Source: an archaeon (GTDB taxonomy: Archaea > Iainarchaeota > Iainarchaeia > Iainarchaeales > 1-14-0-10-31-34). Taken from it: a stretch of DNA of 25,852 nt. This document shows, piece after piece, positions 16,894 through 25,852 of this stretch. The notes beneath the pieces were generated by a model, which was given only the letters and a program-made list of their open reading frames with translations, made no database searches and was not told where the DNA came from. The stretch is from the NCBI GenBank assembly GCA_043815885.1, contig JBDRIL010000034.1, positions 1 to 25,852 of the forward strand, in the 5' to 3' direction. Position numbers and translations under genes: made by a program. Numbering within the stretch: the first letter of the stretch is position 1; each line of letters begins with the position of its first letter.

Positions 16894-19800
16894 TTGGCTA
16901 GTGTAAAGGAATTGCTTGGAAAGCTTAAAAGTCTTTCGAAAGGGGAAAAAGTTTCAGAGGAAGAGGAAACAGTTAAATCCCCTAAATGGGTAAAGAAACC
17001 TTCTCCTGCAGAAACAAAACAGCCTGATTCTGCTCCAAAGGATAGATATCTTGAGAGAATGAAGGCAAGAGAGGAATTAAGAGAAGCAGCAAAAGCCACT
17101 GCTCCAAAACAGGAAGCCAAACCTTCTCCAGCCAAACAACCCATTCCTCCATCTGCGCCAAAACCATCTATTTTCAAGCCTTCAGCTCCACAACCTTCAG
17201 TCACTCCTCCTGCAAAACAACCTCAAAATATTCCTTCTCATACTCAATCAAAGAATCCAATTATTGCTGTAGTTCTTTCCTTTATTTTTGCTGGTCTAGG
17301 TCAAATCTATAATGGAGAGATAAAGAAGGGAATAGGCTTTATTGTAATTCAATTAATTATATTAATTGTTGGAGTTGTCCTGTTTTTATCAAAAGTGATT
17401 GCAGTTTTCAACAATTTTACTTTATCAGGTTTTGCGGAATTAATTATGCTATTCTTTTCGTTACTGATAATTGTTCCAATTATTTTGTTTATAGTTGCAT
17501 TAGTAAACCTCTGGGATGCATTTGTTTCAGCCAAGGCAATCAATGCAGGGAAGGCTGGAGAACCCCACGGAGCAGACAAAATATATTTCTTTTTCGAGGA
17601 CATCTATTACGCTTTAATGGATAAAGTGAATAAAGTAATTCCAGTTTACGGAATGATTGACAAGATTGATGAAAGGTTTCCTTCCTTTATTGTTTTCCTT
17701 GTGTGTGTTTTTCTTTTATTATTTATTTTAATTGCATTGCTTTCTCCATTATTTTTTGTTCCGTTTTATACTGTGACTATTCAGGTTGAAGACAAGGAAG
17801 GTTATCCGTTGCAGGGCCTTCCATTAAGTGTTTCTTTTAATGAAGCAGACTCTTCTTCCTTTAACACTGATGAAAACGGTCAAGTAGTCATTTCTGAAGT
17901 TAAAGCAAATTCAGTGATGGTTATTGAAATAACTGAAGAAGAATTTCTTCCTTATGTAAGCAATGAAGTTGAAATAACTGATGAAGATGTATTCTTTAGA
18001 GTGGTTCTTGAACCAAAGGAAGAACCAAAGAAATGGACGCCTTTAACAGTTGAATTCCTTAAACCAGACGGAAGCCTTGCTGATGATGACATTCTTACTG
18101 TTTCTTTCTGGTGTAATGGAAGCAGTGAAAACGTCAGGTTTACTTCTAATAACAAGAATACTGCTTTTGTAACTAATGGAAAGGCAAGACTAACTCATTT
18201 AGAGGATTGTTCTCTTGAATACTCTATTAAGTCAGAGAAGTATGAAGACATCGATACAAAGACATTAGTTGGGGATAAGGTTTATCTAGAGTTAAAGGAT
18301 AACAGCCTTCTTCCAGGAACAATTCACTTAAAGGTACTGGATTCCAATTCAAGTGAATCAATTGGAAAGACAATGACCTTTGATTTATTCCAGGAAGATG
18401 AATTGGATTTGCCTGTTCATAGCGGAATCACTGACGCAATGGGAGAGAAGACCTTTGAATTCGAGCCAGGCTGGTATGTTGTTTCAGTTCATGATTCTGA
18501 TCCATTAAATCCTGAATTCTTCTGCGAGCAATCTGATTCAGAGGAAGTAGAGAGAGGCGAAACAACTGTCTTCAAGGTTTACTGTGATAGAATAATTGAT
18601 GACGCTAACTTCATCAGAGTAAAGGTATTTGATGCAAACACTTCTGTTCCATTAACTGCAAGGATTTCTTTGTATAAGGAAGAAGATAGTTCTTTGGTTC
18701 AGTTTTTTACTGAACAAAGCGCTGTAGCGTTTGTTGCAAAGGAGAACGTTTCCTATGAAATAGCTGTTTACAAGGAAGGATACCTTCCATTTGAAAAGAC
18801 AGGAGTTGGGTTAGGGGAAACAGTTGAAGCCGAATTAGAGAAAGCAACTCCAGAGAACAGCGGTACAGCAGAGGTATTGGTAAAGCATCCTGATTCCACT
18901 AATGCATTGAATGCCTCTGTATGGCTTTATTATACTGATAAGGGAAGAAGGGCCCCTTATCCAAAGGAAATGACTAATGCTAAAGGCATTGCGACATTCA
19001 CTGGAGTCAAGCCTGAATCTTATTTTGCCTTTGCAGTATATGGAGATGAACAAGGAACTTCTTCAATGAAATACGTTGACATCAATTCAGTCACTACTTA
19101 CAATATTACAATGGCTAAAATGAGGGGGGCAGTAAAGTTATTTGTTTACAATGCTGATTCTCCTTCCAAAAAATTAACTGATTACACTACTAAATTCTTT
19201 GATTCAATTACCGGAAAGGACTTAAAGGAAGACGAAGACTATTTTGCAAATACCGCTAACAGCACTTATTCCTTTGAAGCTGGAACACAGGTTTATGCAT
19301 TGGTTTCAAAGGAAGGCTATCTGAGTGTGAGAAAGGATATCCCAAGAATAGAGAAAGACCTCACCCAGACAGTGAATGTTTATTTAATGAAAAAGCCTTC
19401 AGGAACCTCCCCAAAAATTAAGTTTGTTGAATTAACTGATTTAAGCGGGGACAGGGTAAATGATTACTCAGTTGAATTAGGAAAGGAGTATGATGCAACT
19501 TTCTTAGTGTATGCTGGTTCAGAGGAAGAAAACTCCATTAGTTTATTCGATGTCCATTTAAGGACTGGAACAAATAATTCAATGGGAAAAGACCTTCTCT
19601 TCCTGCAATCCATTTCTTCCCCTTACTCTCCTCATGTACTTAAATCAACCTCTTATGCTGGAAGCTATTCTCCTGCGAATTATTTGGCTGACACTAAAAC
19701 AAACAAGGTTGATGCCAATGCATTCAAGTTCGCTCAGCTTTCCTTTGATAATATTGATGAAGAATTTATTCCTGCATTCCATGTAATGGCAAGAATAAAA

Positions 19801-22800
19801 ATAAGAGAAAAGATTGAGGATCTTAACAGCCTGAAATTATTCTATAAAGCTCTTGCAGTTCCGGCTGGTTCCTCTGACTTTCCTTTAACTGATCCAGTGG
19901 ATGAGGAAAGAGACAGGATTGAAGCCTATCTCTACGCCAAAGACTATATGAAGGAATTAAAGCTGGATTTAGAGATAGTTGATGGATTTGGATTCATTTA
20001 TTCCCTGAAAGAAGCAATGGAACAGGAAGAGGAATGCAAGGCAGTAAAGATTAACGGAGAGACAGAGGTAATGAAGAACTGTGCCTATGAATTCTTCTTC
20101 ACTATAGTGAACAGACTGGATTCTTATTCCAATTTAATGCTCTTTGTTGAAAATGTAACTCTTTCAGGCAAAGAAGCAGACAATATAACATTCAATTCCT
20201 ATTCAATTAATTCTTCCTCTAAAAAAGGACAGCACAGTGGAACAGCCTTCTCTAATTTAGTTCCTCCTTTCCTTACTTCATTCAATCCAAATGAAGTGAT
20301 TGACGGTTTCACTCAATTTGATGTGGTTTCTCTTGGCGACCCCTTTGACCAGTCTGCCTTAAGATTGAAGATGCAGGAAGGAACCACTAAAGCATTCCAG
20401 AAATACCTTCCTTTAAAGATTAAATCAGACCAGGAACTGAATCTGGCTGTGGAAGCATCTCCAGAGATAATCTTTAATGGAACCAATCTCTTCCCTTTAA
20501 TTGATGCAACTTTTACTCTTACAGTTACAGATGAATTCAATCTTCCAGTCTTTTCCACTATTGATGTATTCATTGATGGAGAAAAGTATGGAGAAACAAT
20601 CTTTGCTTATAGTGGCGTTGCTTCAATTGATATTGACGGACAGCCTCCTGGAAAGGAAGTTAAATTCAGGGCAGAAGCTTCTCTTGTATCAGGCACTGCA
20701 GTAGAGGAAAAAACATTCACTGTCACCAGCAGCGGACTATACTCTATTACAAAAGAGGACAACACTCCAATTAATGGACAGAATCCATTAACATTTGTTT
20801 TCTGGGCGGATGAAACTGAAGCAAAAGGAGAACGCATTAAATTCACTAATCTTTCAGAAGGAATAGAGGAAAAGCTAAAGTCCTTTGATTTAGAACCTAA
20901 AAGCACTTACCTGAAAAACAATGTAATGCTTTTCCCATTGAATGCGCTCACTCCGTTTGATATTAATTCTTCTGGAAAGGTAATTGACTTTAATGTCCTT
21001 TTAAGCAAGGACGCAAACAGCATTGAAGGAGAAGAAGTAATTACTGGGGGATTGATTGCAGATATTACTTTATTCAATTACATGACTTATCCGGAAATAA
21101 TTCCATTCATTGTAACCATTAAGGAAAGGCCTTATACTGTTGACGTTAAAGCATATAAAGCAGGAAAAGAAATCACTTCATCAAACCCATTAGAGATTTC
21201 CTTCTTTTCTGACCAGGAATTCAAGGAAGAATCCTTCAAGCTGGTAAATGAATCTGCTCCTCCAATAGAAATTTCAGTTGATGAATTCACTTTAATTGCT
21301 CCAGCAGAAATGGACGGCGAGCAAACATCCTATTATCTTTCCTCTTTTGAAGGAGAAGGAATTACTTCTGATGGAACAACCATTGATTTAATTGCAGTCC
21401 TTTCAGATAAAGGAAAAGAAGTTTCTGGCGAGCTGACTGCTGAAGGAGAAATACGCGTAAATTATTATTCTGAAAAAGGCGCTGGAACAGTCATTGTTCC
21501 ATTCCATCTAGTATTCTATGGCGAAGGAGAATTTGAAGGGGCGGACTGCAATACTGGTTCAAGGTTCAAGCCAAAGGTTTTAATGGACTGGAGATGGATT
21601 AACTTTAATTTAAATGAAAACAATTTATCAAGATGTGATGATGGTTATGAGAATTACGTTTACTGTGATTCCACCCAGTTCTTTATGACTGTAGTGTACA
21701 GATTGCTTGAATTCAAGTCCGCTGGAGAAGACTCAGAAGACGCCTTACTCTCATTTAATTCTTACTTAATAAAGGACGGTTATTCAACTGACTTCTTTGA
21801 GGACTTTGACAGGGAAACATCTTCTACCTCGTTTGCTGCTCCAAACGAGTACAGGGCATGGTTTGATGAATACGTTAAAGAAGGCTATATTAAAGTTCTT
21901 CTGGATAAGGGGGGGTATTACTCTAATGCTTTAGATGCTCCTGGATTGTATAAAGTGGACATTAATTTCTCTACTGAAACAATAAAGGATTCATTCACCT
22001 CTGGAGCAAGCCCTTCTTCCTCTGATGGATTAATTGAGGTAATCCTTTCCTTGAAACAAACCCCGAAACAGGCTTCAGGAAGAGACAGCATATTTTATTC
22101 CCTTCCATTCAATGGAAGAACTGGTTATGATTATTCCTCCAATAAATTCAATAGAAATGGTTATGGATTGAGTTATTCTTTGGCTGAAGGAACTGCAATC
22201 ACCTTAAGCAAGTTTACAGTTGAATCATTTGAATTGGCTTCATCAGAGGGAAGCGGAATGGCTTCAATGAGTGCAGAAAAATTAACTGAATTTGAATCAA
22301 TTAATTCAGAGGAAATGAAAGGAAAGCTCCTTTCCATAGAAAAGGTAGGGGAAACCAATCCCTCTTATTCAATGAAATTCTCTCCATCCATTGCCACTCC
22401 TATTGTCCTTGAAACAGAGCTTTCATCTTCCAAGGAAAAGGCATTCATTGAATATGGTTTAACCAATGACAAGCTTGAATTCCTTCCAATTACTTTATCA
22501 AGCCTGGCTGAATGGACTGGTTCAGAGAAATGCGCTGACTATCTTGGGGTGAGCCTTGAAGAAGGCTTGTTGGACGGAAAGGCATCAGAAGAAGGATTAT
22601 TTGAATTAGCCTGGAGCAATCCAAATAACTTTGGGAAAGTATTCCTAAAGAGCATCTTCTTTACTCCAACTGATGGAACAGTTGACACTCTTAAATGGAC
22701 TAGAGAGAACTTTGATTCCTTTGCCGTCCATGACGGAGTATTGAATGCATTAAATGACGATCTTCAATATTATTTATTGCATGGAACCAAACAGAAATTC

Positions 22801-24648
22801 AATGACTCCAAAAGAAACCAAGACAAATCCATTGTAGAATTAACTGATTTATTTGAATTAATTGACTTGAACATGGTTTGCGTTAATGATTCAGCTGAAG
22901 GAGTTAGCTTTTCCTGGAGAGAAAAAACCTTACTGGAAGAATCTGAACTGGATTCAGTTCTCGCTCAGGGAGAAGAGAACTGCATTGCAGTTCCTTTCTG
23001 CGGTGATGGGGAAGTCACTGGAGACGAGCAATGCGAAACCGATGCTGACTGTCTTGGAAATGCTTACTGCAGCCTTACTGGAACAACAAAATGCCAATGC
23101 ATTACCTTTGACTGCGGTGACGGAATAATTGACCCAGAAAATGGCGAAGAATGCGACAAAGGCTTTCCACCAAACGTTGACATGAATTTAGGAGGAGAAA
23201 CCTGTGAAACCCAGGGAATGGTTACTCCTTCAATTGATTGCACTGGATATGAATTATGCGTTCAAGCATGTTATCCAAATCCCCCGCTAAATTGCGTTGA
23301 TGATTGTGGTTTAATTTATCCTGAATGCATTGATCCTGAAGAATTTGGCTTAAGTTGCAGTGAGCAATGCAAGTTTGACTTTAAATATTGCTTGCCTGTA
23401 GGAACCTGCAATAATGACGGGATTCAAAATGACGAGGAAGTATGCGACCATGGCACTAACCCACCTGAAATAAATTGCAGTGATGTTAATGCCTATTACA
23501 CAAGCGGTTTAACCAAGTGTACCAACTGTGCTTGGAATTTTTCATCCTGCGGTAAATGTGGTAACGGAGAAATTGATGGAACCGAGCAATGCGATGGAAC
23601 TAACCTTAATCATAATGATACTAACTGTGCTACCAAATGGCCAGGAATTTACAGTGGAGGCACTTTCTCCTGCACTTCAGGATGTGAATATAATAAAAGT
23701 AATTGTGTTCTGGTGGAAGGAGAAACCTGTGGTGATGGAGACGTAAATGCCAATATAGGCGAGGAATGCGACCCAAATTCAACAGACCCAGCGCCTTTCA
23801 CGTATTGTAGCGAGTTAGATGAAGGTTATCCATATGGTCCTACAACCTGTCTAGGCCCAGAAGCTGGGGAAGATAAAAAATGTAAGTATGATAGAACTCA
23901 ATGCGCTAAATGCGGTGATGGAATAATCCAACCAATTTATGGAGAAGTATGTGATAAAGGCTCTCCCCCAGACATTCAAATGGATTTAAATGACAAGAAT
24001 TGCGAGACTCAAGGCTTCGATACCGGAGACCTTGGATGTTCTTCTAACTGTGAGAGCTTTGATATAAGTAATTGTGATTCAACTGATCCTTTCTGCGGAG
24101 ACAATGAAATTAATCGAGCTTCGGAGAAATGCGATGGGCTTGATTGGGGCAATGTGACTGCTTGCACTGATCTAGACTTTGCGCCAGGAAACAAATTTGA
24201 CGGGGGCGGACCATTAAGCTGTTACCCAAACGATTGCGTCTTTAATACTTCTTTGTGTTATGAATGTGGTGATGGCTATTGTAATCCAACTTATGAAAAC
24301 AATGGTAATTGTCCAGATGACTGTCCTCAATATGTTAGTTGTTCAATTGAATGTAAACCCAAAAAAGGGGCTTGTACTCTTACAGAGGGAGAGTGCAGGG
24401 CAGAGTACTTTGGGACATTTGATGGATCAGTAGATTGTAAAACTGATACATTCCAAGATGGACATTGTTGTTGTTTTACTAGCTCACCTCCCCCAAACGG
24501 CGCTACCTGTCCTAGTGATTGTCCAAAGTATTCTACAAAAAATTACTGTATTCTAGCAGTTAATGAACAGAAATGCGTAAATCAAGGAATGCAAACACAT
24601 TTCGAATTAAGATGCGGCGACAATAAGGTTTGCTGTTGCATAAAATAA
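16894..24648 (+). CDS. Giant (2584 aa) membrane-anchored surface protein: Lys/Pro-rich N-terminus, TM module, carboxypeptidase-regulatory-like/Ig beta-sandwich repeats, C-terminal myxobacterial-type Cys-rich (DUF4215-like) repeats
   Basis: Uninterrupted 7.75-kb ORF with TTG start; KNPIIAVVLSFIFAGLGQIYNG motif and further hydrophobic helices; repeated 'V.D..G.PL...T.E.G', 'KEGYL' strands; CGDG..E.CD repeats. Confidence 0.9.
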   Translation: MASVKELLGKLKSLSKGEKVSEEEETVKSPKWVKKPSPAETKQPDSAPKDRYLERMKAREELREAAKATAPKQEAKPSPAKQPIPPSAPKPSIFKPSAPQPSVTPPAKQPQNIPSHTQSKNPIIAVVLSFIFAGLGQIYNGEIKKGIGFIVIQLIILIVGVVLFLSKVIAVFNNFTLSGFAELIMLFFSLLIIVPIILFIVALVNLWDAFVSAKAINAGKAGEPHGADKIYFFFEDIYYALMDKVNKVIPVYGMIDKIDERFPSFIVFLVCVFLLLFILIALLSPLFFVPFYTVTIQVEDKEGYPLQGLPLSVSFNEADSSSFNTDENGQVVISEVKANSVMVIEITEEEFLPYVSNEVEITDEDVFFRVVLEPKEEPKKWTPLTVEFLKPDGSLADDDILTVSFWCNGSSENVRFTSNNKNTAFVTNGKARLTHLEDCSLEYSIKSEKYEDIDTKTLVGDKVYLELKDNSLLPGTIHLKVLDSNSSESIGKTMTFDLFQEDELDLPVHSGITDAMGEKTFEFEPGWYVVSVHDSDPLNPEFFCEQSDSEEVERGETTVFKVYCDRIIDDANFIRVKVFDANTSVPLTARISLYKEEDSSLVQFFTEQSAVAFVAKENVSYEIAVYKEGYLPFEKTGVGLGETVEAELEKATPENSGTAEVLVKHPDSTNALNASVWLYYTDKGRRAPYPKEMTNAKGIATFTGVKPESYFAFAVYGDEQGTSSMKYVDINSVTTYNITMAKMRGAVKLFVYNADSPSKKLTDYTTKFFDSITGKDLKEDEDYFANTANSTYSFEAGTQVYALVSKEGYLSVRKDIPRIEKDLTQTVNVYLMKKPSGTSPKIKFVELTDLSGDRVNDYSVELGKEYDATFLVYAGSEEENSISLFDVHLRTGTNNSMGKDLLFLQSISSPYSPHVLKSTSYAGSYSPANYLADTKTNKVDANAFKFAQLSFDNIDEEFIPAFHVMARIKIREKIEDLNSLKLFYKALAVPAGSSDFPLTDPVDEERDRIEAYLYAKDYMKELKLDLEIVDGFGFIYSLKEAMEQEEECKAVKINGETEVMKNCAYEFFFTIVNRLDSYSNLMLFVENVTLSGKEADNITFNSYSINSSSKKGQHSGTAFSNLVPPFLTSFNPNEVIDGFTQFDVVSLGDPFDQSALRLKMQEGTTKAFQKYLPLKIKSDQELNLAVEASPEIIFNGTNLFPLIDATFTLTVTDEFNLPVFSTIDVFIDGEKYGETIFAYSGVASIDIDGQPPGKEVKFRAEASLVSGTAVEEKTFTVTSSGLYSITKEDNTPINGQNPLTFVFWADETEAKGERIKFTNLSEGIEEKLKSFDLEPKSTYLKNNVMLFPLNALTPFDINSSGKVIDFNVLLSKDANSIEGEEVITGGLIADITLFNYMTYPEIIPFIVTIKERPYTVDVKAYKAGKEITSSNPLEISFFSDQEFKEESFKLVNESAPPIEISVDEFTLIAPAEMDGEQTSYYLSSFEGEGITSDGTTIDLIAVLSDKGKEVSGELTAEGEIRVNYYSEKGAGTVIVPFHLVFYGEGEFEGADCNTGSRFKPKVLMDWRWINFNLNENNLSRCDDGYENYVYCDSTQFFMTVVYRLLEFKSAGEDSEDALLSFNSYLIKDGYSTDFFEDFDRETSSTSFAAPNEYRAWFDEYVKEGYIKVLLDKGGYYSNALDAPGLYKVDINFSTETIKDSFTSGASPSSSDGLIEVILSLKQTPKQASGRDSIFYSLPFNGRTGYDYSSNKFNRNGYGLSYSLAEGTAITLSKFTVESFELASSEGSGMASMSAEKLTEFESINSEEMKGKLLSIEKVGETNPSYSMKFSPSIATPIVLETELSSSKEKAFIEYGLTNDKLEFLPITLSSLAEWTGSEKCADYLGVSLEEGLLDGKASEEGLFELAWSNPNNFGKVFLKSIFFTPTDGTVDTLKWTRENFDSFAVHDGVLNALNDDLQYYLLHGTKQKFNDSKRNQDKSIVELTDLFELIDLNMVCVNDSAEGVSFSWREKTLLEESELDSVLAQGEENCIAVPFCGDGEVTGDEQCETDADCLGNAYCSLTGTTKCQCITFDCGDGIIDPENGEECDKGFPPNVDMNLGGETCETQGMVTPSIDCTGYELCVQACYPNPPLNCVDDCGLIYPECIDPEEFGLSCSEQCKFDFKYCLPVGTCNNDGIQNDEEVCDHGTNPPEINCSDVNAYYTSGLTKCTNCAWNFSSCGKCGNGEIDGTEQCDGTNLNHNDTNCATKWPGIYSGGTFSCTSGCEYNKSNCVLVEGETCGDGDVNANIGEECDPNSTDPAPFTYCSELDEGYPYGPTTCLGPEAGEDKKCKYDRTQCAKCGDGIIQPIYGEVCDKGSPPDIQMDLNDKNCETQGFDTGDLGCSSNCESFDISNCDSTDPFCGDNEINRASEKCDGLDWGNVTACTDLDFAPGNKFDGGGPLSCYPNDCVFNTSLCYECGDGYCNPTYENNGNCPDDCPQYVSCSIECKPKKGACTLTEGECRAEYFGTFDGSVDCKTDTFQDGHCCCFTSSPPPNGATCPSDCPKYSTKNYCILAVNEQKCVNQGMQTHFELRCGDNKVCCCIK
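22999..24324 (+). repeat. Protein-level Cys-rich repeats (about 8 CGDG/CGNG-type units) within the giant protein
   Basis: CGDGEVTGDEQCE, CGDGIIDPENGEECD, CNNDGIQNDEEVCD, CGNGEIDGTEQCD, CGDGDVNANIGEECD, CGDGIIQPIYGEVCD, CGDNEINRASEKCD, CGDGYCNPTYENNGNCPDDC. Confidence 0.9.
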
Positions 24649-24651
24649 ATG

Positions 24652-25852
24652 TTATCTCTCTAATTCTTTTTCTATTGCGTTACTGATTTTTTTTGCGTCA
24701 AAGCCTAATTTAATTAGTCTTGTCTGTCCCTTGATTCCTTTTCCTGAGGAAGTAGTTACAATTAATCCATACATTTCTAATTCATTGATGTATTGCCTGT
24801 ACCATCTGCTGCTCACTACATTCAAATTATAGTTTTTGGCAAAATCCTTGTACCTGTCATAGATTTCTCCGCTGTAAAGAACTCCAAACTCTTCTCTTCC
24901 TGTAATCCTTCTAATTCCTTTTGAATGAAGGCTTAAATCAGCTATTGCTTTCAAAACCAATTGCTGTTGTTCTGGCAGAGTAGAAATCATGTTAAAGATT
25001 ACTTCTTCTTCTACTTTTTTCTTGCTTTCCTCTACTTCCTTCTCTCCTACAATTGAAACTCCTTTTGAATCAGCAAATTCCCCTGCCCTCTGTAACAGCA
25101 TTACTGCTGTCCTTGCGTCTCCACTCTCTTGTGCGGCAAATGCTGCAGTCAGATTAATTGCTGTTTCCTCTACTGTTCCTTTCTTGAAGGCTAATTCCAC
25201 TCTCTGTTTCAGTATTGCTCTCAGTTCCTCTGCATTATAGGGAGGGAAAACCATTTCTTCTTCGCATAAACTGCTTTTTGTTCTGGGATCAAGCCTGTCC
25301 TTAAACATTAAGTTATTTGATATTCCAATTAAAGAAAGACCGCCTTTATTTACTTCGTCATTGCTTCTGCTTAAAGAATAAATTAATTCATCCAAATCCT
25401 TTACCTTGTCTATTTCATCCAATACCATTACTAATTGTTTTCCTTCATTAATGAATTCAATTAATTTATCGTGAATGAATCCAGCAGAATAACCCAAAAA
25501 GTTTTCTTCTGGAAATGCTTCCTTCACTGCCTTAATCATTACCTTATACTTGCTGTTATGATTCCTGCAGTTAACGTAAAAGCATTTCACTCCTTCCTTG
25601 TTTTTTTTAGCGTAATCCATTAACTCTCCAGTCACGTGCTTTGTTACCACTGTCTTTCCACTACCAGTCTTTCCGTACAAGAATAAGTTATTTGGCTTCT
25701 TTCCCTTTAATGCAGGAGCCAGATTCTTTGTAATTTCATTTATCTGTTTTTCCCTGAAAGGAAGTTCCTTTGGAATGAAATGAGGAGAAATTGCATCCTT
25801 GTCCCTAAAAACCGTTTCCCTATCTAATTCTTTCTTGAAAATGTTTTCCCCC
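24652..25852 (-). CDS. cdc6: Orc1/Cdc6 replication initiator (5' end just outside the window)
   Basis: Frame stays open beyond 25680 to the edge: GENIFKKELDRETVFRDKDAISPHFIPKELPFREKQINEI...NLFLYGKTGSGKT; Walker B VLDEID, FPPYNAEEL, GDAR, winged helix LEMYGLI. Confidence 0.96.
   Translation of the reverse strand, partial: GENIFKKELDRETVFRDKDAISPHFIPKELPFREKQINEITKNLAPALKGKKPNNLFLYGKTGSGKTVVTKHVTGELMDYAKKNKEGVKCFYVNCRNHNSKYKVMIKAVKEAFPEENFLGYSAGFIHDKLIEFINEGKQLVMVLDEIDKVKDLDELIYSLSRSNDEVNKGGLSLIGISNNLMFKDRLDPRTKSSLCEEEMVFPPYNAEELRAILKQRVELAFKKGTVEETAINLTAAFAAQESGDARTAVMLLQRAGEFADSKGVSIVGEKEVEESKKKVEEEVIFNMISTLPEQQQLVLKAIADLSLHSKGIRRITGREEFGVLYSGEIYDRYKDFAKNYNLNVVSSRWYRQYINELEMYGLIVTTSSGKGIKGQTRLIKLGFDAKKISNAIEKELER

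Noticed and set aside
16860..24194. Short alternative-frame and antisense ORFs within the giant gene
   Set aside because: Shadow ORFs without motifs; the main frame is uninterrupted.
25678..25680. TTG start of cdc6 given by the ORF track, suggesting a truncated protein
   Set aside because: The frame is open to the window edge and encodes the normal Cdc6 N-terminus; this is an edge artefact.

Overview
AT-rich, densely coded archaeal chromosomal segment in the standard genetic code. Gene content and promoter style suggest a DPANN archaeon, most likely Ca. Iainarchaeota/Diapherotrites (inference, not a database result). Recognisable housekeeping genes are AK6/Fap7-type adenylate kinase, aCPSF1/FttA next to proteasome beta subunit psmB, a SpoIIM-family membrane protein, a long FKBP-type PPIase, NAC, Hel308 helicase and an Orc1/Cdc6 gene cut by the right edge. 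These are interleaved with uncharacterised envelope proteins: a ~1380-aa doubly anchored lipoprotein, a 400-aa protein with a BcsB-like domain, a 449-aa acidic protein, and a 2584-aa giant membrane protein ending in myxobacterial-type Cys-rich repeats and two CCC modules. Items missed by the ORF track are a four-hairpin, terminator-like leader in front of aCPSF1, three 15-bp direct repeats among A-tracts at 6169-6277, two small ORFs (41 and 36 aa) and a hairpin upstream of a PC4/SSB-like gene next to hel308. I saw no rRNA, tRNA, CRISPR array or mobile element. No complete novel multi-gene system can be proven from sequence alone; the best candidates are the aCPSF1 leader and the surface-protein set.
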